Assembly (NCBI GenBank): GCA_965203295.1
Contig: CBDBCZ010000014.1
Location: forward strand, 608,001-672,000
Length of the DNA stretch: 64,000 bases
Direction: 5' to 3'
Source: Nitrospirales bacterium
GTDB lineage: Bacteria > Nitrospirota > Nitrospiria > Nitrospirales > UBA8639
In this document: piece by piece, positions 48,958 to 63,523 of the stretch
Numbering within the stretch: the stretch's first letter is position 1
Layout: each line of letters begins with the position of its first letter
Notes under the pieces: generated by a model
The model's input: only the letters and a program-made list of their open reading frames with translations
Told to the model about the DNA's origin: nothing
Database searches by the model: none
Position numbers and translations under genes: made by a program

Positions 48958-50223
48958 CTGAAGGAAAGAAAGGTATGACAGAACGGGTCAAGAACTACAA
49001 AGAACTTCTGTCATTTAGCAGACTAAAGTAACAACTTGAGACAGTAACTACAGTTGGGGCCTACTAGTAAGTGCTACCATAACAGGGGCCTGAGAGCTAG
49101 ACATGCACAAGTGGAAGATGCTTTGCTTAGCACAGATACAGGTGTACAGCTCAACAAGTTGCAAGGACATGCTACTTAGTGTGCAGGGTTTCATACAGGA
49201 TTCTTTGCTGGAGGGGGGAGACAAATAGTGAACAGACACACGCGAAATACGCAGCATGTACAGTACATGTATGGTCTTCTATGGGCAGGGGGGGGGGGGG
49301 GGTCTAAAAATGTTTGAAAAAATAGATGCCTAGAAGCGTATTGGACTTTGGCTGCTAGTCCACTACAAAACACTTGTGTTCAAATCAATGGAATTTTTTA
49401 CTAAATTCTTGGGGGTGGAGATCCTAGTGTACTGCCCTCTATACAAAACCCGAGTGTAATTTGTAAGTGATAACTGCTTATGAGCTGCCCAGTTGTGAGT
49501 ACAACAGCAAATAATATTGTGGTGTCTGAGAACACTTGTGTTCAAATCAATGGAATTATGACATTAAGAAGAGAGAGCTATATTGGAGCAGAAAGTTGAA
49601 GTATTGAAATCCACCAATGGTTAGCATAGTTTGAGGTGTGCTCAGAGAGCAGAAATTAGGCAGAAAAGACTAAGGAAACTGAAGAACATCTGAGGCAATT
49701 AGTAATTGCTGAAGATCCCTTCAAAGAATGATGAGAAGGTTTGAAACAATCACAGCGGGTTCACTCTGTTCACCTTCTTTCAGCCCTATTTAAACTAGGG
49801 CAGTCACACTTTGCTTTCTCTACTCCAGCAGCTCACGCTGACACTAATGTGGCTTTGCATGGCTATCACTGTCTGGATAGAACATGGGCTATGTACGTAT
49901 CAATATAGTATAGGCTCTTAGTAGTAGGCCAAGTGTTGTATTTCAACAGTGCAGATTGCATGAGTTTATAAGCCTATACATGATATATACATACATACAT
50001 GTAGTTGTCAATACACAATTTGTATACATGTAATAGGCTAATCATTTTAGGATACAATAATATATATATATATAGCATTGCAAGTAATATGCTGCAGTTT
50101 GCCTTCTGCATGATATGTACAGACATACATGTTACAGTTGGAATTGGCTGGGTCCTACTGGCAAGTGCTACTAGCGGGTTTAGTGGCTATATAAAGCTTG
50201 CCTACTGCTCCTCTGCCAAGGGG

Positions 50224-50297
50224 GCTCCAGTAGCTCAATTGGTAAGAGCATCTGACTAGTATTCAGAAGGTCCTGGGTTCAATCCCCAGCTGGGTCC
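50224..50297 (+). ncRNA. tRNA-like sequence (AGT anticodon position); pseudo-tRNA or SINE head
   Basis: A box TAGCTCAATTGG, stem TCTGA/TCAGA with loop CTAGTAT, T arm CTGGG-TTCAATC-CCCAG, mismatched acceptor stem, upstream TATATAAA, downstream T5. Confidence 0.6.
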
Positions 50298-51036
50298 CAA
50301 TTTTTATGTGTAATAAGCTAATCAATTTAGGATACAGTAATATAATTATAGCAAGTAGTATACTGCAGTTTGCCTTCTGCAGCATTAATTGCATCGCACA
50401 CTATGTGCTATCTCATACTGTGCTGTGCTATAATTAAAGTATTCCCAAGTATTACACAGAGGGACTAATCATGGACACATCTTGACTCAGCCGCTGACTC
50501 ATTACTGTACACGCTAGGATGTCCTGATCATTAAAGCCATCCATAGAACTAACAGTTGCTGGCCAAATCATCACTAGATCCAATCCATCCTAATAACATT
50601 GAATCATCATTGGTCAAAACAGAGAAGCAGCCCAGAAGACTCCTACCTGTGTACGTACCTCCAAGTGAACATGGCCAAATACAACATGTACTAGCATATC
50701 TTTGCATGGTGGAAAACCTGACTCCTTGATTACTACACAAGAACGTGTCCTACTTTCCAAAAGAGAAAAGGTGCTGGATCCCATAACACCTTCAACAGAA
50801 AGTGAAATAGAATTCAAAAGGAAAGTTAAGCATTCATTGAATGCAGATATGCCTTTACAGACAAGGAAGAGGAACTGCTGTGGAGTTCCACAATTTATCG
50901 CATGGGCTATAACTGGTACTATTACAATAAGTTGGGTGAAATGCACTGTGCAAATACCATAGATTAATCATAACATTATAGGCAAACATGTTATCTGCAT
51001 GACATGCAGTGCACAAAATCAACTCAGTATACATAC

Positions 51037-54000
51037 CTTAAACCGATGGCTTGACTGTGACTGAGCTGGAGGGTTCTTCCTATAGGAAAACAGTAATTGT
51101 TCTGCAGGATTCACAATCTTTCTCTAAGTAATACAAAATGGACAAGCTAGCTAGTTGTATGTGCCTGTATTTAGCCAACAAGTGGAATACATGTACTGGT
51201 AGGCTGGCGAGTTACGATAATCCTGTTTCGCAACTTACAGCTGCTAACAAGTCGGATAATTGTAGCTTCGTGATTCCAGTCTCCACTGCTAGCTTCAATT
51301 TCTTCGCACCAACACATACTTGACAAAAGTGGAGACTGGAAATGAGGTTACTTTCGCTATATTTTTTTAGCTCTTGGCCTGACCTGTTACTTAGCAGAGA
51401 CTTGGGAGTTTAGCAGATCTTACTTTTAACAGTTGTGGTACAGCAATATGCAAGTGTGGATGTTATGTATACACACCCATTTTACCTTAGACATGCATAT
51501 ACGTATGTATGTGCATACCTTTTGCAACTTTTAGCACTTCTTTTGCGTGGAGAATATCTCACTCCAAGAGGAGTCACTGTGTGGCTTCTGTGCTTCTTTA
51601 GTCCAGGAGCTGATCTGCTACCCTGCACTACTTGCAAAATGCGCTCGGCTTCAACTTCAAGACACACATAGCTCTGCGAGAAAAAGAAATAGTCCAGGCA
51701 CTTACTAGATAATTGTTCTATACTTGCAGTGGAGTACTATAATGTATTATGTATGTAAATCCAATCAATAGTTACTGTAGATGAGCTTTTAAATTAAACA
51801 TAATGTGAACATAAATGTGTAGCAGGGGTGTAAGAATGGCCTTTGATAGAGCTAGCCAGATCACCTAAAGCTATTCGTTTCACTTGCACAAAATATTGCA
51901 GAGGAGAAAGGTCAATCGGACCGAAGATATCCCAAGAGTAGATGCTGTAGTTATGTTCCTAATTGAACATGAAGGATGGTAAGCTGGTTCGGCTGCCGCA
52001 GTCAGTGAAAGATTTGATGAAGCGTTAAGTTAAATTATCAAAGCGTTAAGTTAAATTGTCAAGCTGAACTTGACAATTGAATTGTTACTATGTATTGTTT
52101 TATCAATTTTGTTTCATTGTATTGTTGCAATACATTCTGCACTTATTGCACTATAACATTAACATAAACTATTTAAAGAAAATTTAAAAATCGTTTTCCA
52201 AACATGCTAATTGGAATTTCCTCACAGGAATTGGAAGTGGTGCAATGTGATTTACGCTTCATTTGCTGTAGGTTGTTGGTCTTCTCAGCACTTGTTTCAA
52301 TTCTTTCATGAAGACAACATCCATGCTATTGCAAGAGGTACCATTTAACACAAGTGTATGGCACTACAATGAGCATGCCACTAGAACGATATGTTGTATA
52401 TGTACTGCAAACCTCATCTTTATCTCTCACACTTGCAACATTAACAGACAGTTGCTCACAGATGGAGTCTACCACATCATCATCTGAGCAGAAATAAAGG
52501 CAGACTAAAAGCTGCTTTGAAAATACATTGATACTAAACACAGCAGTAAAATCCCCAGAAAGTAGTTAAAGCTGCAGTTTCAGACACCGAGATAGTGTAA
52601 TGGCCTGCATGGTTCTAGTTTAAAACTGTGGCCTTGCACGCTCAGGTGCAATATCATAGTAGAATATGGGAAAGCTGCTGCTCCTTTGTGAAAGAGACAA
52701 GAACATCAGTATAAACTTTGTACAATGTACAATTCATTTTGGGAACCGGTACAATACGAACATTATGTATGGCTTATTACATTCATCACTGTGGAAAACA
52801 GCTAAGTTATCAAAATGTTTGCATTTCTGTAAATAATTCACGATATTCAGCTACGTAAGCCTTGCTCTTAGTCTCAACTTACTTTGCATATACGTAGTAC
52901 AACACACTACATACTACGTATGTGCAAAAAGCTGGGGAGTGGAGACGAGAATGAGGCTATAGCTAGCTACATATAGCACACACACACACACCTCTACATA
53001 CCAATCAAGGGGGGTGCTCTCAGGTCAAGCACTATGAGACATGTGTTCACTTTCAGTACTTCCAGAAGACTGACTGCCCCATCAGTAGTGACACCACAGG
53101 ACTGGATCTATGGCTGGGAGTTACAGAAGTAATTGTACCATCATTACAGGCATAACTGTATTGAATTTACAATCCTGTATGTAAATTACACAAGTGACTG
53201 TATAAGATATGATTGGATCTACAATGTATGAATGTGCACACTGTACGTAAATGTTTTTTTCCACCTCACTGCTTCCCAAAGAGCTTGACTTCTTTATTTG
53301 GACTGCCACATTAAATAGATGATAATTATTCTACGACTCCCCACATCCAGATGAAACCATAGAGAAGGTTGGAAGAAGCTAACCCACATGTACGTACATA
53401 CCTCTGAGGCACACATCATCTCTGAGTGCTTCCGCAAACTCCTGTGCACCTTTATCACCAATGTCAACGTTGAGATTTATAATCTGTGCAGACCTGGTAT
53501 CTTTTCCAGTTTGAGCTTTTATGATCGGAGGCTTCACTTTGTCTGTGCAGGCAATGTTGCTGCAGAAATATAGTAAAGGTGTAGTAAATAAATGTAGCCT
53601 CATACCCGGATAGACCTATTACCACCGTAGTAATGTATCTGAGATGTATATCAGTACATATACGTATATACAATCTCATTACTACGTAGCTACACGCAAG
53701 AAGTTCCTTCCTTCACTACAGCAAGAAAAATAGGCTTCTTAGGCTTCTCTCCAGTTCAATTCAGTGACAGCTTTAGTCCTTGTTTTGTAAGGCATGGTAC
53801 CATACACAGGAAGAGCAACTAAAATGTGACTTCCAATCTTTTAAAAGCCACTCTGGATACCTGTCTGCCAATCCCCCTTGAATAGATCTATCATGAAGTC
53901 ATTCCGTTATATATCAGTATATGCAGTGATGTATATACTGCAAAGCACAAGCTTAATTAGTGTGATCATAGATAGTAGAGTAGAAGGACTTCCTATCCTT

Positions 54001-54541
54001 CTACTCTACTATCTATGGTGTGATAAAAAGTATCTATTATAAACATACCTACACAGCAGTCAATCAACTGGAAGCTTTCTGCTTATGCTGTACACAAAGC
54101 TGCCCTGTGCAAATGTACATCTATCCTCGCTCCCAGGCCCTCACTTCATTTGGTTGCATGAAGGCTAGCATAATATACTTGTAAAAAGTCACTGGATTAA
54201 TGGAGGTACTGTCTAACTACATGTATTGGTGTACTGACCACTATTTACAGTACCATAGACAAAGGGTCTAATTACATACCAAGGCTTCTCACAGTTGGGT
54301 AAAGTCTTTCCTCCCATTTGTCTATGAAGACAACAGTATGCAGTGCCTTGTTGATCTGTAAAGCAGTCAGAAGTGGGTGCCAGTCGTTTCTCTTAGCCTT
54401 GAAGACCCGACAACTCAGCACTCCTTCCTTGGCTCCACTGCGGATACTGGCTATAGGACACGTGTCCTCCAGGGCACACAGACTTTCATAGTAAGCTACA
54501 AAGTCTTCAGCTCCTCGCTGACGAATGCAAACAGCCTCCAT
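51037..54541 (-). pseudogene. CEP78: Degenerate CEP78 (copy 3), mirror of 16532-20036
   Basis: Same exons and the same frameshift (ACTGGATCTATGGCTGGGAG at ~53101). Confidence 0.8.
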
Positions 54542-56590
54542 CTAAGGATTGAATAGCAATTTCTGATATAGAGAAACTAGCTATACCGTACCATGCACAA
54601 GCTGCTCTGAATATAGTTAACTCCCTATAGCTACATGTACGTATACTAGATGTATTTCTTTCTGGTAGGTTTAGATTAGTAGCTGCATTGTCTTGCAAGT
54701 ACATGTAAACTGCTGCTTCAATGGATTATGAAAGAAGTTCAAGCACCTATTTCACAACATATATGTGAATAAGAAGGTGCTTTGCACTCATTTTGAAAAA
54801 CAAATTGTGCCAAAAATTAAATGTAGTTGTTGCAAGTCTGTACTAAAATGACAGTAGAAGAAATGGTGGGGCTAAGATCTTTATTTAATGTGACAATATA
54901 AAGCCTCTCAGAAGGTTATAAACAGAATGCTATTCAAGTCTTCCATCAAACATCTTTAGTGACATACTCTATGAATTTGTGTGCAACATGTGGCCGTAAG
55001 TAAAGTACAAAGATCTCTGCAGGCAGGCTTGGGAAAGAGGCTAGCAGTGTATTAAAGGTATACAAGGGTCACCAACACCTTCAGGTGCTGGGAGCAGTAA
55101 GTGCAGTGTCTGGAGACACTGGCCATAGAGCTGCATATGGGACGTGAGTTCAAATCCTGGTTCAGCAAAAGCCCAATGAAGGTTTGGAGCAGCTATGGTA
55201 CAGGGCTGGGTGTTTCCCTCTTGCTGTGGAAACTGGTACATGTACATACGCCATATCAGCTTCCCACAGTGTTTCAGATACCATTTTTATAACCCAATTT
55301 GGTATCTTTCACGGCTGATTAAGCATTCCAGTACACTAATTAAATGCTGCAGCTACAAGTATAGGCAAATCAGGATTCTAGAGGTCTGGCAAACAAAGAA
55401 AGTTAGGATTGTCTCTATGATATTATAGAATCTGTAGGTGAAGGCTACACCAACATGTGGACAGCAAAAGTAGCAAGATCGCTCTAAAGTCAGTAGGCAT
55501 TGTTTGCCCGAGTGCACTTCTCCCTGAGTGAATCAGGCAAACAAACCAATCATTTTGTAATGATCATCAACCGTTGTACTCCCCTAACACTAAGTGTCTT
55601 TGGCTATCCATGGTATTTTGCTCTAGGTGGATAAACCATTGTGGAATAATTTATTGAGTCATACAAGTTTCAGTTGTAATGGTTTACAGTTGCTGATGAT
55701 GTTGCTGCTGATAATTTCCCTTATGGACACCCTAAAGCTTCCCTACTACACTCACCAAATATGCAGCATGTGCAGTCAGTCAAGACAGCCACACCTCTTC
55801 GCAGTCGCATGCACTGCAGCAACGCAAGACCGTACTAGCGTGAGACGCTACACAAACGCTTAGCATGCACGTGAGAACCCAGCTCCTCCTGTATAACACA
55901 TTTTACGCAATTAAAATCAGATGATCTGGAGTGGCCCTGATGTAGCCTCGTTCCCAGGCCCGCGCCATTTTCGGTTACACGAAAGATGTGACTTTCCTTC
56001 GTGCAACCGAAAAAGTCGCGGGCCTGGGAACGAGGCTAGCCCTGATGCGCCACTGGTTTCAAGGCAGTTCATGGATTATAATTTACTGCAATACTGTAAG
56101 CGATCCCCAAGTTGGTAGAAGTTGGAGCTAGCTAGACTAACGTGCTACCATAGATAGTAGAAGTTATCTATGGTGCTACGTACCTTGACTCTGGTTGCTG
56201 TAGTTTGCAGCAGAGATACTAATAATACCTTTGTTTGCAGCTTTAGTCAAACTCACTTCCCCGCCCCCCAAAAGAAAACAAAAAACAAACAAAAACAAAG
56301 ACCCGGCAATGATAAGTGAGACTTCGACCTGTTCGCGTCTACTGCCATACCTCTCATTTCATGTATTATAGGAATCGAGAACGCGACAAGGAACCGACAG
56401 CTAGCTAAGGAACCACGAAGTAATAAATGCGGGGGCGGGCACGCTACGATATGCGCCGTGCGCGTCCATGCTTTTCGCGCCAGCTCACGCAGCTCTTGAC
56501 TGCGCAAGAAAGTTGAACTCTCTAGAATTAAAGTACTACTACAGAAGAATGAAGTCTCTATTCAAGGAACAGGGAGGTTGTAGGTATTAT

Positions 56591-58389
56591 CATAGATAAT
56601 ATAAACCGTAGGTGGATGCGAAACGGTATGCGTCCGCGGATAGTATACGGAGATTTATTGAAGCAGTCATTGCAGCGGTACGCGTGACCAGCCACGGTGT
56701 GCAAGTTCCAGCGTCTACCTCAGCGATTGAGCAACGAAACAGCAGCACGGGCCCAGTATCCTGACAGCTACATCAGACAGTTCATAGGTAAGTGGCTCTG
56801 CAGACAAAAGAAGGCCTCATTTCTAGTAGTAGTCGGTGAACTGGGAAGGTGTCACACTGGAGTCAATGGAAGGCAGAGCTTTGGAACTTTTGTGTGAGAT
56901 TATCTCCAGAGCAGTTTGGTTCTGAGCTAAAAACCTGCTACAGACCAATGCCTATCTAGGTCATCTACTGGGAGAAAATAGAGACTTTGCTCAGGCTTGG
57001 TCTGTAGTTTTCTAAATGAGGCTCATCATGCTGTAAAATCGGAACCTCAGTGTTCTCCTTTGTGTGAGATTATCTCCAGGGTTGTTAGACTCAGAACCCA
57101 AACCTTGTTTGAGATCAATGTCCAACTAGGTCATCTACTGGGAGAAAATAGAGACTTTCTTCTAGCTTGGCCTGTAGGCTATTAAATGAGGCTTGATCAT
57201 GCAGTAGAATCGGAAACTCAGTTCATGTTTTTGTGTGCATATCCAGTGTTTGCAACAATAACAAGTCCACTGGAATGAAACAAAAATCCCCCCTCAGAAT
57301 GCATATAGCATAAGGGTTTTGTTCTGTTTGCAGATGGATGTGAAGCCAGTTGGAAGAGGGCATCACAAGCGCCGAAAGAAGGGATTACGTTTGAGTTTTG
57401 ATCGTAGGAAGAATGAAGAACGACACCGGCAGCAGTGTGCATCGTATTAAACTCTCAAACAATATTTTTTATTTTGTACGCATCACAGTATAATATCATC
57501 AATCCTCTACTCTTTGTGGTTGCAGTGACTTTCTTGTGCCTTTCTTGTATTTCTTCTCAAATTTCATAGTCCATCCTTTGGCAAATGCATGGGCACGTAC
57601 AGTTATCCACAGATTGACGACAGCCTTCAATAGTTCAATGCTGTACTCTTCGTATGAAAGAGGGATGCTATGGGCAATCGTTTCCCAACAACACAAAACT
57701 GAGTTTGTTGTCAGGACTTCCTCAGTGATGGACAAACAAATGTTGGTGCCTTCATCATACTTCTTCACGCTTCTCTTCAACATAGCGGAGAAGTTCATGT
57801 ACCTTCTTCCCCCTTGGTGAGCGCTGGATGATCGGCTCTTTCTGCAGTGCTGACACACATGAAAGAAACAGTGTAGTGCAACCACCTGTGCCTCCCAAAG
57901 CAGCTTCATCAACTGATGCACTAGAATTTGTGACCTGCAGGGCATTAAATAGAGCACAGACACTAGCGACGCTGCTATACAGGCAGTATATGCTTGCTAG
58001 TAGCACCATAGTCATAATAGAGGTACTACAATGGTACTTTTTCACTCACAATGCTCACGCTCGGGCATGTTGAGGCGCTTTGTGGCACCAGGACCTGCTC
58101 TTCTTCACCGTCAACTTCTACAGTGACCAAACCCAAATCTCCGTCTAGAACGCTCTCTCCACTAGAAGAGGAACAAACTCTTTCCTCGCAACCATCTGCT
58201 CGCAGTTCTTGATCCATAACTCACGCTACTAGCGGGCCCAGACTAAACTCATGCACACTGCACGCAGCTCGAGAAAGATAAACGGAATATCGTAAATTAC
58301 GTCCGTTACATCCGCTGCAATGAATGCTTCACGTGAAAACGTAGTAAGCGGAAGCGTTTCGTATCCACCTACGGTTTATATTATCTATG
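56591..58389 (-). mobile_element. Non-autonomous P-element-like transposon (1799 bp) with a degenerate ORF
   Basis: 27 bp TIRs CATAGATAATATAAACCGTAGGTGGAT and 7 bp TSD GTATTAT. Absent at ~2747 and ~14483. Interrupted minus-strand coding remnant ending LWITVRAHAFAK...KGTRKSL. Confidence 0.8.
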
Positions 58390-61300
58390 GTATTATCAAA
58401 TAATTTGTAGCAAGACCTGACAGTTCCCAATTTATGCCCCACCAGGTAGTTTCACGAGTTCACATGAAACAGTAATTGATTGTAGGTATCTATCAATAAA
58501 TAAGAGTAAAATGGAAGCGGTAACATACAAGAAAGATTATAGAAGTCTGTCAACATTAAGGATTCTGAAGCATCTTGAAGAGGAGTATATATATCGTTAT
58601 AAGGCCAAACAAACTTTCATCACAGCCTCTAGTTTACAGGGAGAATGGAGAGGAACCAAATTCCCAATTTCATTTCCACCTCTAATTAATTGTACACATT
58701 ACTTTTCTTGTGTTTGCCTTTAGTGATTGCTGAAATGAAACATAGGTGGGAGATAATTAGTCACACAGAACACAACTTCAATAAGCAAAGTGGAATGAAC
58801 CATATATAAGGAGCAATGTAAGTAACTATGCCTCATATTGACAGCCAACTTTGAGATCAGTGTATTCCTAGCAGAGAGAATTGGGGAAGTTACTGCTTCC
58901 CAATTAATTGCCTACTCTGACAGAGTGCACACATTAATCTTCTTTAGAGATAGCAGATATGTGGGAATAAACAAATTAATATATGCAGTGCACAATCGTA
59001 ATATGCTGCTCTAGAAGGAACTGTGTAAAAAAACAGCGTAAGTAAAACCGTACCCATGACAGTCTACTTAGAGATCACACAAAGTCAGGCAAGATATTCC
59101 TAGCTAATTAGGAATCTGCCAGAGAGAATGGAGAGGAACCAGCTTCCCAATTCCATTCCCCACTCTAATTAATTGTACACGTTACTTTTCTTGTTTTTGC
59201 AAAATGTTACTTCAAAGTTTGCAAGCAGAAAACATAAGTGGAAGATAACTAATTTAGTTACACCTAACACAACTTCCACAAGAAGTCGTGGAATGAACCA
59301 TCTAAAAGGCACTGGAACAACAAACAGAACAAAATGTGAGGAAAAGTAAATAACACCATCTCAGTAAGCTTCTCTAGAAGGAACCATGTAAGGAACCGCA
59401 CCCCTGACAGCCCACTTTGTGATAACACAAAGCTAATTGAGAATCTGTCTCTTTACTGCAAAGATATCAACAGCACAGCCTCTAACTACCGGAGAGAATG
59501 GAGAGGAATCAGCTTCCAATTCAGTATACCCACTCTAATTAATGACACACATTACTTTTTTGTGTGTTCGCACAATGTAACTTTAGAGCCTATTGCAGGC
59601 AGGAAACAGGTGGGGGATGATTAGTCTCACAGAACTTGAAGGAATAATCTACGGAGCAAAGTAAGGAACCGTGCCTCATATTGACAGCCAACTTTGAGAT
59701 CAGTGTATTCCTAGCAGAGAAAATTGGAGCAGTTGCTGCTTCCCAAATAATTGTCTACTCTGGTAAGTGCATGCTTTACTCTCCTCATGTTAACACAATG
59801 ATTCTTTAGGGAAAGGAGACAGGACAAATGTAAAAAAAGCAAGTTATGCAGTAAACAATTGCAGTAAGCTGCTTTAGAAGGAACCGTAAGGAACCGTACC
59901 GCTGACAGCCCACTTTGAGATCACACAAAGTCAGGCAAGGTATTCCTAACTAATTGGAAATCTGTTTCTTTATTGCAAAGATACCAACAGCACAGCTTCT
60001 AGCTACCAGAGAGAGCGGAAAGGTACCAGCTTCACAATTTCATTCTCCACTCTAATTAATTGTACACATTACTTTTCTTGTGATGGCAAAATGTTACTTC
60101 AGAGATTGCAGGCAAGAAACCATAGTTAGTACTCTACAATCTATGACAAAACATAGGACGTGGGGGAAATTAGTCACATGCACAGAACACAAATTCGATA
60201 TGTAACCGTGGAATGTACCATCTAAAAAGCACAGTAGTAACTGTGCCTCATATTGACAAGAAAGATTATAGACGACTGCCAACATTAAGGAGAAGCATCT
60301 AGAAGAGGAGTATATCGTTATAAGGCTAAACAAACTTCTATCACAGCCTCTAGCTGCCAGGGAGAATGGAGAGGTACCAAATTTCCAATTTCATTTTCAA
60401 CTCTAATTAATTGTACACATTACTGTTCTTGTGTTTGCCTTTAGTGATTGCTGAAATGAAACATAGGTGGGAGATAATTAGTCACACAGAACACAACTTC
60501 AATAAGCAAAGTGGAATGAACCATCAATAAGCAACCGTTGAAGGAACGTCTAAGGATCAAAGCATAGATCAAAGTAAGGAACCGTTGTCACAGTAAATTT
60601 GATCGCTCGGAAATTCGATCGCGGCGACAGAATTTACTAGGAAATACTATCGCCGAGCGATTCAATTTACTAGGAAATACGGTAGGGCCTAGGAAATATT
60701 ATCGCACGCTAGCTTTGCACCTTCCCAGCACTCAGCGTACATGGCATAGTCTCGTGGATTTTGATCTATGTTCAAACGTTCCCAGGCCACAATCAGGGCT
60801 TACCCCCGCTTTCCTTGCGGGCTGGGAAAGACTAATGTAAGCGCAGGGTACTGGCTGCCAAATTCGAGACTCCATACTAGTATAGTAGCCTGCTGGGTTA
60901 TCCAGCGCTCAGGAAGTCTCTACTCTTCATGTTTTGCTGACTGTTGACTCATAATGCGATGTGCATGAATAAAGTGTACATGTTGTATACAGAAAACTTA
61001 TGTTACAGTGCTGGTACGCATGACAGGTGTGCAAAACCATTACTGCTTAAATACAGCTTCTGGTATTTTTGCACAGGATTCGTGAAACCATTTTCCACAC
61101 TTGCTGCACATGCGTTCTTCTCCATTGTCTGGCAGCCAGCATGAACAGTAAACGCCCACATTCTCACTTCCGATGGGCGTTCCTGCTCGGATCGTCTGGG
61201 GCGGGAATGGTTCCAGCTTTCCGTCCTTTAAGAAGCATACTCTTTAGAATTTATTGAATGTTCAACCACTCTGAGACTCACACACAACCTAAAAACAGGT

Positions 61301-63523
61301 GACCTGGTGTGCTGTGTGACACCCTACCGCCAACCTAAATAAGTGTGTTTTGACCACTTTATTTCTAAGAGTGAAGAGCCACAGCCTCTAGCTACCAGAG
61401 AAAATGGAGAGGTAACAGCTTCCCAATTTCATTCCACACTCTAGTATAGCATACTTTTCTTACTCGCATAATGTTTAACTTAATTCAGAGATTGTATGCA
61501 GGTACAAAATATAGGTGAGCTACAATAGTTAGCTATAGACTTTCATTAGTAAGCAATGTTGTACTGTAGGCTTAGAGGGTGATGTATGTCCGGCAAGCAG
61601 GCACCCTGAGGTGCAATGTCGCTATTTCTTAGTAATCACTTTTCGGTTGCTCTTATACATATTCCTGGCCAATAATGAGGGTAGCTATTATAACCTAAGA
61701 GGGATTTCTATGAAGCAGTGACATTGTACCAAGGTTGCCTGTTCAACAGACATATATACAGAAGCACTCAACCTCTAAGCCAAGGTTATTTTCAGACTGT
61801 TTATCCTGGTGTAAACTATAATCCCAGAAATGTGGCTCTTGGTATTTATATAGTACAGAGACGGATTCCCACCTTTAGTTTAATTATTCTTCTAGTGCGA
61901 TGTGAAAGGGGGCTGTCAGTATGTAGGACATGTTCTTACAAGATTTGAGTTTAACCATGCGTTGCTTACTGAAGTTGTAATCTCTAGAGATATAACTACA
62001 TAAACCATAATTGTTTCTCACTCTCTGAATTAACTGCATGAGATAAGGAGTGTGTACGTATGCTTAGTTAGAGTGGGGAAGCTGTTACTTTTCCTCTCTC
62101 TCTGGTAGCTAGAGGCTGTGGCTTTTGGTATCTCTGGAATACAGAGACAGATTTCCAATTAGCTAGGAATGCGTACCTTGTCTGACTTTGTGTGATCTCA
62201 ACGTGGGCTGTCAGGGGTACCGCGCGCATGCAGAAATAAAGTGGAATGCGTTGCAGGGAAATTTGACAGGAAATCTGGCAGTTTAGGTACAGGACAGTAT
62301 AGGATAGGGTAGAATTTCCTTTAAAATCATGAAATTCTGCCCTATCCTATACTACCTTAAATTGTACCTGAAATACCAGATTTTCTGTCAAATTTCCTTG
62401 TAACACGTTTCAGGAAATTCCACTTTTTTTTGCATTTTTTTACTGTACATGGTTGCTTACATGATTCCTTCTAGAGCTGCTTGCCGCGATTAGGTACTGC
62501 ATAGTTGTCTATTTTCACATTTTGTTCTGTCTGCTGTCTTTTAAAGGAGAACTATGAACGCTAAATTAGAGCTGGGATGTGTTTGGAAAGCAGTCAATTA
62601 TTTTTTCTCCCTGGTAGCTAGAGAGTGTGGCTCTTAGCATCTTCAAAATGCAAGGACTGATTTCCTATTAGTTGTGCAAAGGAATATCCTTACTTCAATT
62701 CTTCAAATACAATATTTCACGGAGTGGGCTCTTAGTGGTACGAATCCTTACACGGTTCTTTCTAGAGTTGCTTGCTGATGTAGTATACTGTATTAATTTA
62801 CTAGTTGTTTACCACCTATTGTTTGTACTGAATATCTCTAGCAGATCATTGTGAGAACATATGAAAAGTAATAGATGTAGGGCGGGGATGAAATTAGGAA
62901 GCAGTAGCTGCTCCAATTTTCTCTGGTAGAGAGAGGTTGTGGCTTTTGGTGTCCACCCTTCTTCAGGTATTGAAGTGCTATCTCAAAGTGGGCTGTCAGG
63001 GGTAGTGTTCCTGACTTGGTTCCTTACACGGTTCCATCTAGAGCAGCGTATTACGATTTTGTACTACATATAATTTGGTTTGTTTTCACATTTATCCTGT
63101 CTTCTTTCCCTAAAGAATCATTGTGTTCACATGTGGAGAGTAAAGTATGCACTTACCAGAGTAGGCAATTATTTGGGAAGCACTAACTGCTCCAATTCTC
63201 TCTGCTAGGAATACACTGATCTCAAAGTTGGCTATCAGTACAAGACATGGTTCCTTATTAGACGTTTCTTCAACTGTTGATTATTAATGGCTCATTCCAC
63301 TTTGCTTATTGAAGTTGTGTTCTGTGTGGCTAATTATCTCCCACCTATGTTTCATTTTAGCAATCACTAATGGCAAACACAAGAAAGGTAATGTGTACAA
63401 TTAATTAGAGTTGGAAATGAAATTGGGAATTTAGTTCCTCTCCATTCTCCTAGGTAGCTAGAGGCTGTAATGAAAGTTTGTTTAGCCTTATAACGATCCA
63501 CTCCTCCTCAAGATGCTTCTCGT

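Larger units (their letters stand above)
40670..61246 (-). repeat. Amplicon arm copy 3, right arm of the large palindrome
   Basis: Near-identical inverted copy of 10675-31377. Inner boundary where ...AATTTGGTTC (31377) pairs with GAACCAAATT... (40670). Confidence 0.97.
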
